This document shows positions 32,060-40,771 of a stretch of 64,000 bases of DNA, one piece after another. Below the pieces are notes generated by a model that was not told where the DNA came from, made no database searches, and worked only from the letters and a program-made list of their open reading frames with translations. Where the stretch lies: assembly GCA_963726195.1 (NCBI GenBank), contig CAVSBO010000003.1:32001-96000 (forward strand). Direction: 5' to 3'. A program made the position numbers and the translations under genes. The stretch is from Candidatus Thorarchaeota archaeon (GTDB taxonomy: Archaea; Asgardarchaeota; Thorarchaeia; Thorarchaeales; Thorarchaeaceae). Each line of letters starts with the position of its first letter. The stretch's first letter is position 1.

Positions 32060-33478
32060 TCACAGACGTCCGAGGGGAGCCTTCTCTTTCGCGGTGCTGG
32101 CGAAGTACCACTTCGTGAAAGATTCCAGCTTCCCTGTGACTCCCAGCCACCAGCATAGGTAAGCGGCGAGTATTAGGACGCTGGCGATTGGATTAGCAAT
32201 ACCGCTTGCAGGAGCCATTGCCAGAAGCATGGAGATTGCACCGATTGCAATGAGCAGGGGTCTGCCTGCTGAGGGCTGCATCGCTTTGCTCATGCGCCGC
32301 CAGAGATACAGATATACTATCAGTGGCAATACGAACTGGACGATTCCGGTCACCGCCAAGATAGGAACAGTATAGGGCATCGTGGTCATATCCTGTGGGT
32401 AAGACATCGATACATAGATGACCTCGGGCATGATGATTAGGGCCGGTAGCAGAGCAAGCGCTCTCCAATCGAGTGCAAAGAACGCGCTCAGGTTGAAGAA
32501 CATAAGCGAGAAGACTGAAAGGTATACGGCCGCGTAATACCAAGTAATGCTACTCGAGACTCCTATTGTCTGTGTGACGTCGAGCACGTAGGACGCAACG
32601 CTCAAGAATAGGAACATGAACAATGCAAGTGTTGCACGACTTCTGGTTTTCTTCCATCTGGCATATGTGTAACCACTCGTGCTCCATCCCAGGACCGCTG
32701 CTATAACAACCAAAGTGATTGAGGTCTCCTGGACCAGATCGGGCAATGGCTGGCCAATGAAATACGAAAGAAAGAAGGAGAGAAGGGCGTAGGATACCCC
32801 ATACAAGGCGAGCTCGACAGAGATTCCAATATCCTTGTAGTAGAATGCAACAGCGGCAATAGCCGGTCCGAGCAACCGCAGGCCGATGACTGCGTCAGCA
32901 AGATTCAGGGCTCCGAAGACAAATGGATGGATTGTCAGACGGTACAGAGGATAGGCCGTGACTAAATAGAAGAGCGCAAGGCTTGTTGGTCTCCTGGTTC
33001 TCGCAAACGTGTAAGCGAACAGGATGACTACTGGGAGGTACATGGCTGATGTTACGTCTCCGGTCGAATCTCTGATGTCGAGCGGGACTCCCGCGAACCG
33101 TAAGATCCAAAACACACTGACAATGGCCATTGCAGCGAGTGCTGGAACAATGAATTGTCCTCTTCCGAGGACAATCAAGGCTGCCGCCGTTATGAACAAT
33201 GGAGCAAGCAAGGCGAAAGCAGCGTAAGTGTAAGCCAATTGAAGCCGCAGTTCTAACGACCCGGACGTGAGCATCACAGCCGAGAGGAAATTGGTCAAAG
33301 ATGCTAGGCCCATGGCGAATGTCCCGGCCGCGTAGGCGTAAAGAGGCCTAGACATTCGCTTGTCCTCCTCTGGTAGTTCCTTTACTCGCCGGCGAGTATA
33401 TCTCACCATTGCAGAGCTGGCTACGAAAAGAGCCAGGCTCATCATAAGCTCGGATGCATCAGACAATTGTATCGCCAT
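32060..33478 (-). CDS. ~14-TM membrane protein (two 7TM-like halves), copy B
   Basis: Almost entirely TM helices with short basic loops. Clear paralog of 34862..36341 (shared DIGISVEL, TSGYTYARWKK, WWLGVTG). GAGGT RBS. Confidence 0.8.
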   Translation of the reverse strand: MAIQLSDASELMMSLALFVASSAMVRYTRRRVKELPEEDKRMSRPLYAYAAGTFAMGLASLTNFLSAVMLTSGSLELRLQLAYTYAAFALLAPLFITAAALIVLGRGQFIVPALAAMAIVSVFWILRFAGVPLDIRDSTGDVTSAMYLPVVILFAYTFARTRRPTSLALFYLVTAYPLYRLTIHPFVFGALNLADAVIGLRLLGPAIAAVAFYYKDIGISVELALYGVSYALLSFFLSYFIGQPLPDLVQETSITLVVIAAVLGWSTSGYTYARWKKTRSRATLALFMFLFLSVASYVLDVTQTIGVSSSITWYYAAVYLSVFSLMFFNLSAFFALDWRALALLPALIIMPEVIYVSMSYPQDMTTMPYTVPILAVTGIVQFVLPLIVYLYLWRRMSKAMQPSAGRPLLIAIGAISMLLAMAPASGIANPIASVLILAAYLCWWLGVTGKLESFTKWYFASTAKEKAPLGRL

Positions 33479-33490
33479 CGTAGTTACCTC

Positions 33491-33889
33491 CTAAAGCATC
33501 TTCGAAGCCCAACCATCGGCCTTGCTTCGAGCTGATTCCTTGCCCGTTGCTGCTTCACGGATGGCCTGCGTCAGCTCTTCATTGACTAAACCTGCAAAGT
33601 GCTTCTGGAAAGCTTCACACACCCTCCGATTTGCCGATTGGCTATCTGTGTCTGCTTTGTCGTGTATTGTGACCAGAAGATACTCGCCTTCTCGTGCGAC
33701 GAGTACTCTATCATTGCCGAGCAGAAGCTCCTTGATAGTATCACCGGACATCTTCTGAGAAAACATGTCTATTGCGGACACGAAGCCACCGAATAACGCG
33801 TCATCGGCATGGAAGTTGCCCAGAGCAATCGCAGCCAAGGGCTCGCCAGCTTCGTTGATCAAGTAGACCATCTTGATCAGAGACATCAC
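33491..33889 (-). CDS. Stand-alone longin-domain protein, copy B
   Basis: VYLINEAGEPL...LFGGFVSAIDMF...IKELLLG longin pattern; about 70% identical, ungapped, to 36354..36752 (manual count). Confidence 0.82.
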   Translation of the reverse strand: MMSLIKMVYLINEAGEPLAAIALGNFHADDALFGGFVSAIDMFSQKMSGDTIKELLLGNDRVLVAREGEYLLVTIHDKADTDSQSANRRVCEAFQKHFAGLVNEELTQAIREAATGKESARSKADGWASKML

Positions 33890-34161
33890 CCTCGAAACAT
33901 ACTTGCAGTCGTTTGAGCACCATCAGCTGCCGTTTTCTTCGTACACTCTTTCGCGGCATGCGTGTCCGATTGGGAGCTGCAGACCTTAGGCCCATTGTTC
34001 AGAGACTGAACCACGAGGTGAGCTGTCCTGAATTCAGCGGCAGCAACAGTGAAATTCCTGTAGCTTGTCAGGGGTGAGACCCTCTGTGCCTTCCTGTCTG
34101 TGCTAGAGACCCCGGTCGGCACAATGACGCCACGCAGCGGTTCGTTTCTCAAAAGGATCAC
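33886..34161 (-). CDS. Diverged paralog of the small Zn protein 36755..37018, lacking the Zn-ligand Cys pattern
   Basis: Same position in the cassette, similar length and GTG start, stop overlapping the longin start. Residual similarity KKTAADGAQ vs KKSALDKAQ. Confidence 0.45.
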   Translation of the reverse strand: MILLRNEPLRGVIVPTGVSSTDRKAQRVSPLTSYRNFTVAAAEFRTAHLVVQSLNNGPKVCSSQSDTHAAKECTKKTAADGAQTTASMFRG

Positions 34162-34328
34162 TTTACTCCAATAGGCCCATTTGTGATTGTTGTTCTTCTT
34201 CTAACGTAGCAGTATCGGTGTGTAATCTTTCGAAGTGGTTCGGGCCAGCTGTTTATTAGCAAATCTTGTACGGTTCTTCTTGCTCTATCGGCAGAAACAA
34301 TGTATGTTGATGTCTGCTGGGATGCGTG

Positions 34329-34865
34329 CTATCCTTTCGCGACGTATTTCTTCATCAGGGTTCTAGCTGCTGTATCGAAAATCTCGTTAACGCCTTGACC
34401 CGTCTTTGCTGATACCTCGATGCAATCGGCACCAAACTTCGAAGCAAACGCGAGTCCTTCCTCAATGGATACACCGCCGTTAGAGGTGCGTTCGTCAGTC
34501 TTGTTGCCCACGATGAGGAGGTCGCAGTCAGGCGCGACTTCTCGCAGTCGATGTATCCATTCCTCTAGCCGTTCAAGAGTGTAAAGTCGATTGACGTCAT
34601 AAACAGTTATCCCGAACTTAGTCCCTTTGAAGTAGTCTTGCACTACGTCGTGAAACCTAGGTTGTCCTCCCAGGTCCCAGAGCATGATCGTCAACTGTGT
34701 GTCGCCGATTGTTACCTTCTTGGATGCAAAGTTGGCACCCACAGTCATGCGCATGTTGTCATCGAAACGATTCTCTGTGTAACGCAGGGTGATGCTGGTC
34801 TTGCCTACTCCTCCCTCCCCAATCAGAACGGTCTTGAAGACTGGGGCTTTGCTAGACATCTTCAT
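34329..34865 (-). CDS. Rab-like small GTPase
   Basis: GEGGVGKTS, TVGANF, WDLGGQ, GNKTD, EVSAKTG. The start overlaps the upstream stop (ATGA, 34862-34865). No C-terminal prenylation Cys. Confidence 0.93.
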   Translation of the reverse strand: MKMSSKAPVFKTVLIGEGGVGKTSITLRYTENRFDDNMRMTVGANFASKKVTIGDTQLTIMLWDLGGQPRFHDVVQDYFKGTKFGITVYDVNRLYTLERLEEWIHRLREVAPDCDLLIVGNKTDERTSNGGVSIEEGLAFASKFGADCIEVSAKTGQGVNEIFDTAARTLMKKYVAKG

Positions 34866-36341
34866 GCGCCACCTGACGAGGATGTTCCTTCCGGTTGGGA
34901 GACCGAGGCCGCAATGGGCTTCGGCTTGACAGTAGTAAAGTGCCACCACTTTGTGAAGCGCTCACTTCTTCCAGTAACTCCTAACCACCAAGCTAGGAAT
35001 CCACCCAGAATCAGAATTCCGCTGATTGGGTTTGCCACATCCAGAACCGCTGCGCCCAAGATGAAAGAGCCGACAGCCAACGCAACAGTGAGTTCTAAGA
35101 TTCCCATTGCAAACAGGAGTGGTCTGCTTGCTGAAGGTGTCGATGCGTGTCTCATTCTTTGCCACAAGTACAAGTACAGGGCGACCGGCACAACTGCGGC
35201 AGAGAGACCTGTTATGCTGACCACTGGAGTGAAGAAGGGATTGGCAGTTGGGTTGACCGGGTATTGCACTGCCAAGAAAAGAAAGAGCGGCACCATCATC
35301 AAAACAGGCAACAACAAGAGCGTTCTCCATTCGAGACCAAGAAATGCAGCCATGTTGAAACACATTAGGCCGATGAATGTCAAGACAATAGTTGCATATG
35401 TGTAGTACACTGCGCTTGCGAGACCCACTCCACCGAGCGCCACCAGTATGAACGCGCAAGTAGTGACCATGAACGATAAGAACAATGCGAATGTTGCCCC
35501 AACCCTGCTCTTCTTCCAACGGGCATACGTATACCCGCTTGTGCCGAACCCGATTGTACAGCCAAGCGCAATCAATGTGAGTGACGTAATCAATGTGGCA
35601 TCGGTGACGGATGAAATCATGACATATGAAAACCAGAATGAGATGAACGCAAACGCCATTCCATAGATCACGAGCTCAACTGAGATTCCTATATCACGTA
35701 GTTGGAAAGCGGCGAAAGCGATTGCTGGACCGAACAGTCGCAAGCCGACAACCAACGAGATGAGGTCAATTGGGAAAGGCGGGAGAGCAGTGAGCGTGAT
35801 TGAATAAAGAGGATAGAATGTGACTAGGTAGAAAAGCCCGAGACTCGTGGCCTTTCTTGTCCGGACCAGTAGGTAACCGAATAGCAGAACCGCAGGTATG
35901 TACATAATCGAGGAGACGACTGCAATCGCACTACGAACATCGATTGGGTTTGCTATGGTTGGCGATATCCAGACATAGCTAACAACCACCAACGCAAACA
36001 CCACCGGAACGATGAATTGCTCCCTCCCGAGGACAATCAACGCGGCTATCGAAATAAACGCTGGCGCGAGTATGGCCAAAACTACGTAGGCATATACTGG
36101 CCAGAAGCGCGATACCCAAGGTCCGATAACAACTCCTGTGCCTGCCACGTAGTTAGTCAGAGATGTCATGCCCATCACGAAAGTGCCAGCTGCGTATGTG
36201 TAGAGGGGTCTGCCCAATCTCTTGTCCTCCTCGGGCAGCTCCTTGATTCGACGACGAGAGTATGCTACTATCGCAAAGCTCAGCTGCTATAAGGCCCACA
36301 AACATGAGAAGTTCCGATGCTTGGTTCAGCAGTATCGCCAG
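34862..36341 (-). CDS. ~14-TM membrane protein, copy A (CTG start; frameshift at ~36281)
   Basis: Restored N-terminus LAILLNQASELLMFVGLIAA-SFAIVAYSRRRIKELPEEDKRLGRPLY aligns with copy B (MAIQLSDASELMM...RRRVKELPEEDKRMSRPLY). GGAGG RBS before the CTG. Confidence 0.8.
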
Positions 36342-36353
36342 TGTTCTTGCCTC

Positions 36354-36752
36354 CTATAACATCTTTGAAGCCCAATCGTCTGCTTTGCTCCGAGCAGACC
36401 CTGTGCTAAGAACGGCTTCACGGATAGATTCTATCATTTGGTCAGTTACAACGCCGCCATAGTGCTTTCGAAAAGCCTCGCATGCTCTCCGGTTAACAAT
36501 CTGACTGTCGGTGTCGGTCTTGTCGTGGACCGTAACAAGAAGATGGGTCTCCTCACGAGCCACAACGACTCTGTTCTCGCCGAGAATGAGTTCCTTTATT
36601 GAGTCCCCAGCCATTTTGTGACTAAACATGTCGATAGCAGACATGAACCCACCAAACAGCGCATCATCCGCATGGAAGTTGCCAAGGGGGATTGAAACCA
36701 GCGTCTCGCCGGCCTCGTTAATAACGTAAACCATCTTGATCACTTCAATCAC
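36354..36752 (-). CDS. Stand-alone longin-domain protein, copy A
   Basis: Paralog of 33491..33889 with the same length (399 nt from GTG 36752). Confidence 0.82.
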   Translation of the reverse strand: MIEVIKMVYVINEAGETLVSIPLGNFHADDALFGGFMSAIDMFSHKMAGDSIKELILGENRVVVAREETHLLVTVHDKTDTDSQIVNRRACEAFRKHYGGVVTDQMIESIREAVLSTGSARSKADDWASKML

Positions 36753-36754
36753 CT

Positions 36755-37018
36755 TCAGAGCGAGTCCATCCATGACTGAGCTTTGTCGAGTGCACTCTTT
36801 TTCTGCTCGGCGTCTCCCGCAGCCTCAACATCACGAACCGCGAAAGTCTTGTCCACGAACAGGATCACTGCGTGTCCCTTCTTGCACTTGGCGGGAACGA
36901 TAACCGGTACTCTCTTGGCATTCAGAATCGAATCTTCATCTACTACTACGCCAGTGACCGGGCCCTTGCATACCGGGCATGGGACATCTGTCAGTGTCTT
37001 CTTTACCAAGGGAATCAC
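36755..37018 (-). CDS. Small zinc-binding protein
   Basis: CPVC...CKKGH ligand set followed by ILFVDKTFAVRDVE; first gene of the cassette. Confidence 0.75.
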   Translation of the reverse strand: MIPLVKKTLTDVPCPVCKGPVTGVVVDEDSILNAKRVPVIVPAKCKKGHAVILFVDKTFAVRDVEAAGDAEQKKSALDKAQSWMDSL

Positions 37019-37286
37019 TTCTTTGGATGCAATGTATGGAGCTTACTTCTTCTTCCGACTTGCCTTATCCGAAGGTGAAGCATTTTGGTTGAACTCAAGT
37101 CAGGGACATATTAACAAATCGTGTTTCAACCGTGTTTGTGAGGAAAGGAGGAAAGCTGCGGTGAACATCTCTGCTCCATGTGGACGAACTCTGATATTGA
37201 TGCCTGTTTGTTGCACTCAACGTCAGAACAGACAAAACAGCTATGTCCGCAGTACTTATAGCAGGAAGCTTTGCCGAAACGAGGTC

Positions 37287-37730
37287 ATGTCATCAGACTC
37301 AAACCGAGCCGCGTTTCAGACCAACTATGCGGTCATGGTTCTTACATCCATGGTTATCATGATGATTATCGTCTATGCTGCAATAACGTCGACGTTTGCG
37401 GATTTTCCTAGTGAACTCATTGTCTTGAGCGCAATCTCGGCGCTGGCAATTGCAGGTCTGTTTACCCTCTTTGCTTTTGGTAGCACAATAGCGATATCCA
37501 GCCAAATGCTTCGAAATCCCCGGACTCACGCGAAGATTCTCAAGCTCTTGAACGTCCTTTCGTTACTGTTCCTGCTCGCGATTGTCGTTATCTTGGTGAG
37601 TTTCGTGATAAACGATTACTTCGATATTCCGCCAATCGTGGGTACTCTCTTAGCCTTCATACTCATGCGAATTCACATTAGAGCTGGTTGGGGTTTGGTT
37701 CATCTAGCTACAAGACCCGCAAACTCATAG
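37287..37730 (+). CDS. Four-TM hypothetical membrane protein
   Basis: GAGGT RBS before ATG 37287; four hydrophobic segments. Confidence 0.65.
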   Translation: MSSDSNRAAFQTNYAVMVLTSMVIMMIIVYAAITSTFADFPSELIVLSAISALAIAGLFTLFAFGSTIAISSQMLRNPRTHAKILKLLNVLSLLFLLAIVVILVSFVINDYFDIPPIVGTLLAFILMRIHIRAGWGLVHLATRPANS

Positions 37731-37862
37731 TCACATCGTGAGTGTTTCGTATGCTGCGAGCATGTGGACCCGAGTATGCTGGGTTTCGTGGAGTCAGCAA
37801 TCATACTCTCCCGCGCTCAATTCAGCGAACCAAATCAGGAGCGCCTGAAACCTGATAAGACA

Positions 37863-38525
37863 ATGGGTCATGGGAATAACCCGGAGACTGTAACGAGAAA
37901 GAGAGCGGTGGTTTGTCCTTCTTGCGGCGCGCCCCAAGACAACGGGTCTCCAAGTTCTGGTGTTCAGTCATTCTGTCGTTACTGCGGAAGTCCTCTTGCC
38001 TTTATCGGCGACGTCAGGAAGAGGACTGGACCATGTCAGAATCACCCGGATGTCCCGTCAGCGGGCACCTGCAAAAAGTGCGGGGGCAGGTTCTGTGAGA
38101 ACTGTCTCTATGTGCTTCGAGAGATGCGGCATGAATATGTCTGTGAAGTGTGCTTGGATGAGACCAAACATCGTATACGGATTAATAGAATATTCGGGGC
38201 CCTGCTCACAATAGTCATCGCAGTTGCATGGATTCCTCTTTCCACAACGCAGTACGTGTACCCGTATCTCTTGTTTGTGGCCTTCTACATCCTCGAAGGG
38301 TTGGTCGGGATTTTTCGGCCAATTGAATTCCCTCTTCTTGCAACCAAAATGCATGAGTTTACTCCCAATCCGGGTTCCATCTACGTGAAGTGTCTCAACT
38401 GCGGTTCAGCCTACCACTATGGTCCAGACAAGGTCGAGCCTAATCGCACGGTTGTCTGTCAGAACTGCGGCCGGACGATCAACCTCGAGGGCGAACCCGA
38501 CACGGACGAGCAACGATTTGTTTGA
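37863..38525 (+). CDS. Zn-ribbon / B-box-like / 2TM / Zn-ribbon protein, copy 1
   Basis: CPSCG..CRYCG; CQNHP...CKKC...FCENCL...CEVC; two TM; CLNCG...CQNCG. Start is uncertain. Confidence 0.78.
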   Translation: MGHGNNPETVTRKRAVVCPSCGAPQDNGSPSSGVQSFCRYCGSPLAFIGDVRKRTGPCQNHPDVPSAGTCKKCGGRFCENCLYVLREMRHEYVCEVCLDETKHRIRINRIFGALLTIVIAVAWIPLSTTQYVYPYLLFVAFYILEGLVGIFRPIEFPLLATKMHEFTPNPGSIYVKCLNCGSAYHYGPDKVEPNRTVVCQNCGRTINLEGEPDTDEQRFV

Positions 38526-39268
38526 GTCTCCCAAAACCGACAAGATCATTATTGTGCGTTCGAACAAGAATAGTGGGTCGGAAGCAGCTCAAGCTTGATA
38601 AGACAAGTGGCCATGGCAATACACCAGGAAGAATTGTGGGTGAGGAGACTTCAGTTTGTCCCTCCTGTGGTATGCCCCAGCGACATGGACCAGGCATCAT
38701 CGGTACCCGGATGTATTGCAGGTACTGCGGTAGCGCTCTCACACAGCAGGGTACCTTCAAAGTAGCGGCGCAGCCATGCGAGAATCATCCGGAAGCTCCA
38801 TCAGTAGGCTCCTGCAAAGAATGCGGCGGCGGATTCTGCGAATACTGTCTTTACGTACTACCCCGGTCAGAACGCGGATATGTCTGTGAGAAATGTCTAG
38901 GAGAAGTCATTCATCGCATACGAACCAATAACGTGTTACGCGGCTTGGTGGTGACGGCGTTCTTGGTCTCGATTCCTCTTTCGTATGCACAGTCATTTGC
39001 ACAGTACCCCTTCGCATTCCTCATGATGCTGCTAGTAATGGCATTCCCTGGTATTGGCTCACTTTTCGAGCCGGTCGAGTTTTACTCTCTGGCCAGCAAA
39101 ATGCATGAATTTGCATCCAGCCCGGGATCTGTCATTGTCACGTGTGGTAACTGCGGTGCAGTCTACCACTATGCTCCAGACAAAATCGATTCCGACAACG
39201 AAGTCGTCTGTCAGAACTGCAATCGAATAATCAACATGCAAGGTGCGCCCGGCCAAGCTTCATATTGA
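38522..39268 (+). CDS. Zn-ribbon / B-box-like / 2TM / Zn-ribbon protein, copy 2
   Basis: Same Cys/His pattern; shares LA.KMHEF and YHY.PDK with copy 1. True start is probably further downstream (~38636). Confidence 0.78.
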   Translation: MSLPKPTRSLLCVRTRIVGRKQLKLDKTSGHGNTPGRIVGEETSVCPSCGMPQRHGPGIIGTRMYCRYCGSALTQQGTFKVAAQPCENHPEAPSVGSCKECGGGFCEYCLYVLPRSERGYVCEKCLGEVIHRIRTNNVLRGLVVTAFLVSIPLSYAQSFAQYPFAFLMMLLVMAFPGIGSLFEPVEFYSLASKMHEFASSPGSVIVTCGNCGAVYHYAPDKIDSDNEVVCQNCNRIINMQGAPGQASY

Positions 39269-39359
39269 CACAACTTTCAGGACACACAGACTGAGGATCG
39301 GACAACGAATCCAGTTACAGGTGGACCTATTCTACTCATTCTCATAAACCTTATGAGCT

Positions 39360-39899
39360 GTGCTTGGGAATGATAACACGGGAGTCTGTGTGGAGAGAGA
39401 AGCTTTCGTGTGTCCGTTTTGTGGCGCGCCTCAGGAAGGTGGATTGCCATCAGGTGTGACGCAGACAAAATGCCTGTACTGCGGAAATACGATTGTCCTC
39501 CCACGTCGTCTCACAGGCTTGACACAACGATGCCCGAATCATCCCGATTCATTGACATCCGCTTTCTGCACGAGATGCGGCCGGGGATTCTGTAGTCGCT
39601 GCCTTTACGTACTGAAAGGAGAAGGCGGAGCCGTGCAATATCTATGTCCACAGTGCGCCGGCCTGGCAACCATCGAAGCTACACCGGGCATCTACCTAAC
39701 GATTTGCTGTTCAGCCTTGTTCTTTGTTGTCGGACTATCGGGTATTCGAAGCAGCGGAGATTCTTTTTCTATGGCCGTCATATGCTTGGGGTTTGGTATA
39801 TTCTGTTTGGTAGGAGGGATACTTCAGAGGCGTACAATCAACAACATGCCCACGCTTGCGGGCAAGATAAGGGAGCAGCGCGGCAGTCTTGATACTTGA
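39360..39899 (+). CDS. Zn-ribbon / B-box-like / 2TM protein, copy 3 (no C-terminal ribbon)
   Basis: CPFCG..CLYCG; CPNHP...CTRC...FCSRCL...CPQC; two TM; ends after PTLAGKIRE. Confidence 0.78.
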   Translation: MLGNDNTGVCVEREAFVCPFCGAPQEGGLPSGVTQTKCLYCGNTIVLPRRLTGLTQRCPNHPDSLTSAFCTRCGRGFCSRCLYVLKGEGGAVQYLCPQCAGLATIEATPGIYLTICCSALFFVVGLSGIRSSGDSFSMAVICLGFGIFCLVGGILQRRTINNMPTLAGKIREQRGSLDT

Positions 39900-39980
39900 T
39901 ACCGATACTCCACGATGACCACAGGTGAAGCATGTCGCATCATGGTCCTCGTTTCAAAAGCCTGATATCCCTTCGCCACA

Positions 39981-40634
39981 GTGTCAGATTCGGGCATTGA
40001 AATGGAGAGAGAGGTGTTGGTCTGTCCATCGTGTGGCGGACGCCAGAAACAGATATTGTCGTCCAGCATATTTCAGACTCGATGCGAGTACTGCGGCAGC
40101 ACGATTCTTATTCCACGAGAGTTAACTGGGCTTGCCCGACGATGCCACAACCACCCTGACCGCATAGCAATGGGCATTTGCCATGATTGCGGACAGACCT
40201 TCTGCGAGGATTGTCTGGTCGTATGGGTCCAAAATGCTGAGAAGAAGTACATTTGCCCTGAATGCAGAGACCGAAGACGTCACACGCTTACTTTGGAATT
40301 CCGGTTTCTTATGGTCCCCGGACTGGTCGTTCTTTCGGTCGGACTTCTGCTTGAAATGCTTTCACCGGCTTCAGTGCTCGGAATAGTTCCTTTGACATTG
40401 GGCTTCCTCTGTCTCTACGTGGGGGGTATGGACAGGATAGACAACGGGGAGATTGGGACGATGAAACAGGAACTACAGGAACAGGGGGCAGCTGGCGAAG
40501 GCCTTCGGGAGGAGTGTCCTCACTGTCACGCACTTTACTTTTACAACCTGCATCTAATCAGGCCTGACTGGACCGTCGCTTGTCAGAATTGCGGGAGGGA
40601 CTTCAAGCTGCGTGGCACGCTTCCCGTTGGTTGA
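39981..40634 (+). CDS. Zn-ribbon / B-box-like / 2TM / Zn-ribbon protein, copy 4
   Basis: CPSCG..CEYCG; CHNHP...CHDC...FCEDCL...CPEC; two TM; CPHC..IRPDWTVACQNCG. Confidence 0.78.
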   Translation: MSDSGIEMEREVLVCPSCGGRQKQILSSSIFQTRCEYCGSTILIPRELTGLARRCHNHPDRIAMGICHDCGQTFCEDCLVVWVQNAEKKYICPECRDRRRHTLTLEFRFLMVPGLVVLSVGLLLEMLSPASVLGIVPLTLGFLCLYVGGMDRIDNGEIGTMKQELQEQGAAGEGLREECPHCHALYFYNLHLIRPDWTVACQNCGRDFKLRGTLPVG

Positions 40635-40771
40635 TGGCGGGCGACTGACCGAAAGAGTCCAATCGGCCACCGCATGACAGAGTTTATGAGACATGTTGCT
40701 CGGCCCGAGATAGCGCCGCCACACTGAGAGAGTTCGTGACAGCCAAAGAAGATCATATAGTCTGACGGAAA

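Noticed and set aside
34638-35405. 255-aa plus-strand ORF and other long antisense ORFs (11409..12020, 3226..3726, 47228..47707)
   Set aside because: They are shadows of well-supported minus-strand genes and show no recognisable motifs.
36783-37286. N-terminal 168 aa of the 315-aa ORF 36783..37730
   Set aside because: It overlaps the minus-strand Zn protein. An RBS and ATG at 37287 mark the plausible start of the membrane protein.
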